In this document: positions 61,303 to 64,000 of the stretch, one piece after another
Layout: each line of letters begins with the position of its first letter
How positions within the stretch are numbered: the stretch's first letter is position 1
DNA from: Eukaryota sp. TZLM1-RC
Lineage: Eukaryota; Protista; Metamonada: BaSk clade
Assembly (NCBI GenBank): GCA_040285825.1
Contig: JAUPSS010000006.1
Location: forward strand, 62,001-126,000
Reading direction: 5' to 3'
Length of the DNA stretch: 64,000 bases
The notes under the pieces: generated by a model
What the model was told of the DNA's origin: nothing
Database searches by the model: none
What the model saw: only the letters and a program-made list of their open reading frames with translations
Position numbers and translations under genes: made by a program

Positions 61303-61837
61303 TTACTCTACAATATACAATTTGTGGTCTGAGTCGCACTTGAAAAAAGGATAATAAAAATTTCCATCTAATCTAGGTAGTTCACCATTTAAATCGATAT
61401 AACCTGAACCAATCTCCTGCAAATTAATGGTGTAATTAACTAAATAAACAGTGATTTCAATTACATCACCTGGTTTCCATTGAGTAGTGGTTCCTGAGGT
61501 GTTGATGGGTTCACCACTACCATTATAACAACCATAGATATCAGATTCATTGAACCTAGAAGAGTTAAGCTTCTTCCCAGCAATAACACCAATAGCAAGA
61601 CCATTACCACGACCTTGATAACTAACCCTCCAATTATGAACACTACCATGCTTCAAGGGTTTATCTCTTCTAATTGGTTGGTAACCACCACCACCACTTT
61701 CAGCCACCAAATTATCATCAGAAACAGAAACCTTACAATTCTTATATTCCTTTGAAAAAACCACACCACCAAAAGATTGAGCAACATTACTGGTGGTTTT
61801 GGGTTCACCAAACTTAATGGAATCAACAAAATTCTTA
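61303..61837 (-). pseudogene. Headless SPRY-like domain copy of the TRIM-like gene, with duplicated 3' flank
   Basis: Frame is open. Similarity to 57323-57858 ends at ~61837, where a CRE fragment begins. 61005-61302 matches 57020-57322. Confidence 0.8.
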
Positions 61838-62500
61838 AAATAATTGACGGTGATGTTGATAGCAAGGCATGTGTAAATTTTTCAGAATAACAAAAAATAA
61901 GAAAAAGGAATTTTGAATGTTTTTCAATATTTATTTTCTCAATTTAATCTAATTTTCAAATTGAGCAATAAAACTCGAAAATTTGCTGTTGACATCATAA
62001 ATATTTTGGAGGTAACATTCCAAAAAACGTAAACCAGACTGATCGTAATTGATAAAAGGGACGTTGACGTTATTGATAAAAAATCAATTGGTTCATGGCC
62101 AATAACCAAACATTTGGAGACATTGAATGAAAGCCAAATACTTCAGAACGCTGTTGATGAAAATTTGCCATTTTTTAAGAACTGAAATAGGAGCAATGAC
62201 AAAGATGTCATCGAAATGTGCTCCAATATTAATTTCTGGAAATTTTTCTTTTAATTCTTACATTCAAACATGAAACACCAACCAAAAGAAAAAGGGACCA
62301 AGACGATCGCCCTGTTTAACATCTGAAGAAGAAAGCAAGTCAAAATATTCAATGACCAATGTTGATGATTTTCCATAAAATGAATACAAAGGACACTCAG
62401 TTTCGGGAAAATGATTGTGCAGGAAAGGGAAAATAATTTACCAAAACGAACATTTTCAACTATAATCAAACACAATTTTAAATGGAACAAAAACTATTCA
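61838..62500 (-). mobile_element. Decayed CRE-like RT fragment
   Basis: Broken KQGDRLGPF, FDDIFVI and FRSIW segments homologous to the RT of 35737-38392. Confidence 0.6.
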
Positions 62501-62543
62501 AAATTTATAACAAATTAAATAATGTAAAACTATAAACAACAAA

Positions 62544-64000
62544 TTAAAAAGGAGGTGCAATTCTTTTGGTAACCGGCAGAGGAGCACTTGACAATTTATT
62601 AAACTTTGAGCCATTTCTTTCTGTTTTCACACAATTCAGAGTGGTTTGCCTCAATTTTGGTGGTTTAACATTTACTTTGGGAGAACCAATTCCAACTTTG
62701 GGTGATTTTTGCAATTTTTTCAGAATTTCTGTTCCTTTTCGTGGCGTCTTGGTTGGTTTTTGTACTAAACTATACGATGGTGGCAATTGTCGAGGTGTTG
62801 ATGGCATAGACGTTTGAGAACTATTGAGTATTTGCGGGGGTGAAATTTTGGGTTCAATTATTGGTTGCACATTTTGATCCCCTACTGACCCATATGAAAA
62901 ATTCATTTTTGTTCCAACACTAACTACATCACCACCATCAATAATTCCAAACATATTTACTTCTTTTTGAGTTACATTTTTAATAGAGATGCACTCCACC
63001 GAAAGATTGCCACTCAGACCACGTTTTGATTTCAATAATATCAAGTAGGGCTTCCAGATAAAAAACTGTTCTAATTCATTACGTTGTTCATCAGAAAGTT
63101 GTGCAAATTGGCCAGAAGCAAGTCCTAGAATAGCCTCAGCATTCTCCCCAAAAACCACACCATTTACACTGCCTGTATGATCGGCAATGCTGATATGGAC
63201 AAGATAGTGGGGACGACCAGGGTTAATATTGCCACCTAAAATTAGATTTCGCAGAAGAATTTCACATACATCGTCTGCATTGTCCATCTCTAATACGACC
63301 ATTACATTCATGACATGCCATGTAATAACCCTTGGAACCAGTTAGCCCAATTTCCGTCACAAAACCTATGATCTTTGCAAAGACTTTGAGTTCTTGTTGT
63401 TGATCGTTTTGGTGATTTAAGAATTGAACCACCGTTTCTAAAGCAATATCATCATCTTCCAACGAGGGCTGTTTGATCTTTGCCAAATTCTTCACATCAA
63501 TGGTTCCATTCTGTACCATTGTTTCTAGTGATCGCGCATCAGCACTCCTTGCGTGAGTGACTAATTCAGTTTCCTGAGTTTAATGGTTAATAATGAGGAC
63601 ATACTCCTGTTACTGAAATACTTACATTGTCCTTATAAGCAACAACCTTGGCAGCTACGAGTTCAATCACTGAATGCATGGGTAGTTGCTCTCCCATGGC
63701 AATATTATGTTCTCCCCATAGGGTGAGGTTACAAGCATTAGACTCGTCAGCTACACGTATCGTCATTTTCAACGTGTCAGTGCCTCGTTTAGTTTGTATT
63801 TGTTCTGTCTGTTGTAAGCGAAGTGCTGGAATATCATACTGGGAATTTGGCAACAACAACACAACATACATGGACCATTTGGTCAATGAATTGGGACATT
63901 GCATTAATTTTGCACCTTGGCGGAGCATTTATTGGGAATCTATTCGGTTGGGCTGGTATGATGACTGACGACTCTGTGAATGTTGCTTCGTATTCTGAGG
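62544..64000 (-). CDS. RPA1: Replication protein A 70-kDa subunit-like (OB folds + C4 zinc finger), 5' end outside window
   Basis: Introns 63839-63869, 63574-63604 and 63236-63269 join SEYEATFTESS, VADES..LTLWGE, YYMACHEC..CRRC and IADHTG..FGENAEAILG. Confidence 0.8.

Overview
AT-rich eukaryotic (protist) genomic DNA. It has compact genes, tiny 28-34 nt GT(A)-AG spliceosomal introns and heavy transposon litter. The style suggests a free-living metamonad-type flagellate, but that is a guess. Housekeeping genes: DPM1, CLEC16A/TT9-like, LRRC9-like, RPA1 (runs off the end), a ThrE-family exporter, a cyclin-fold protein, a bacterial-type HGSNAT/DUF1624 membrane protein and a secreted RCC1-repeat type I membrane protein. 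Mobile DNA: a full-length but decayed chromodomain Ty3/Gypsy element, a miniature LTR element, a solo LTR, about a dozen fragments of RLE-type (CRE-like) non-LTR retrotransposons, a decayed hAT transposase and a MITE-like foldback. The main signal is a five-copy family built on a ThuA/class-I-GATase-like C-terminal domain. Its scaffold is nearly invariant, but seven short patches are hypervariable in a CDR-like way. It is attached by a coiled coil to a near-identical TKL kinase in three copies and probably to a BTB-like module in one copy; the fifth copy is cut by the window start. A TRIM-like RING-Bbox-Bbox-CC-SPRY gene with a divergent headless SPRY copy and giant-virus-like gene remnants lie in the same window. 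Together these suggest, by inference only, a diversified intracellular recognition (immune-like) system in a protist.
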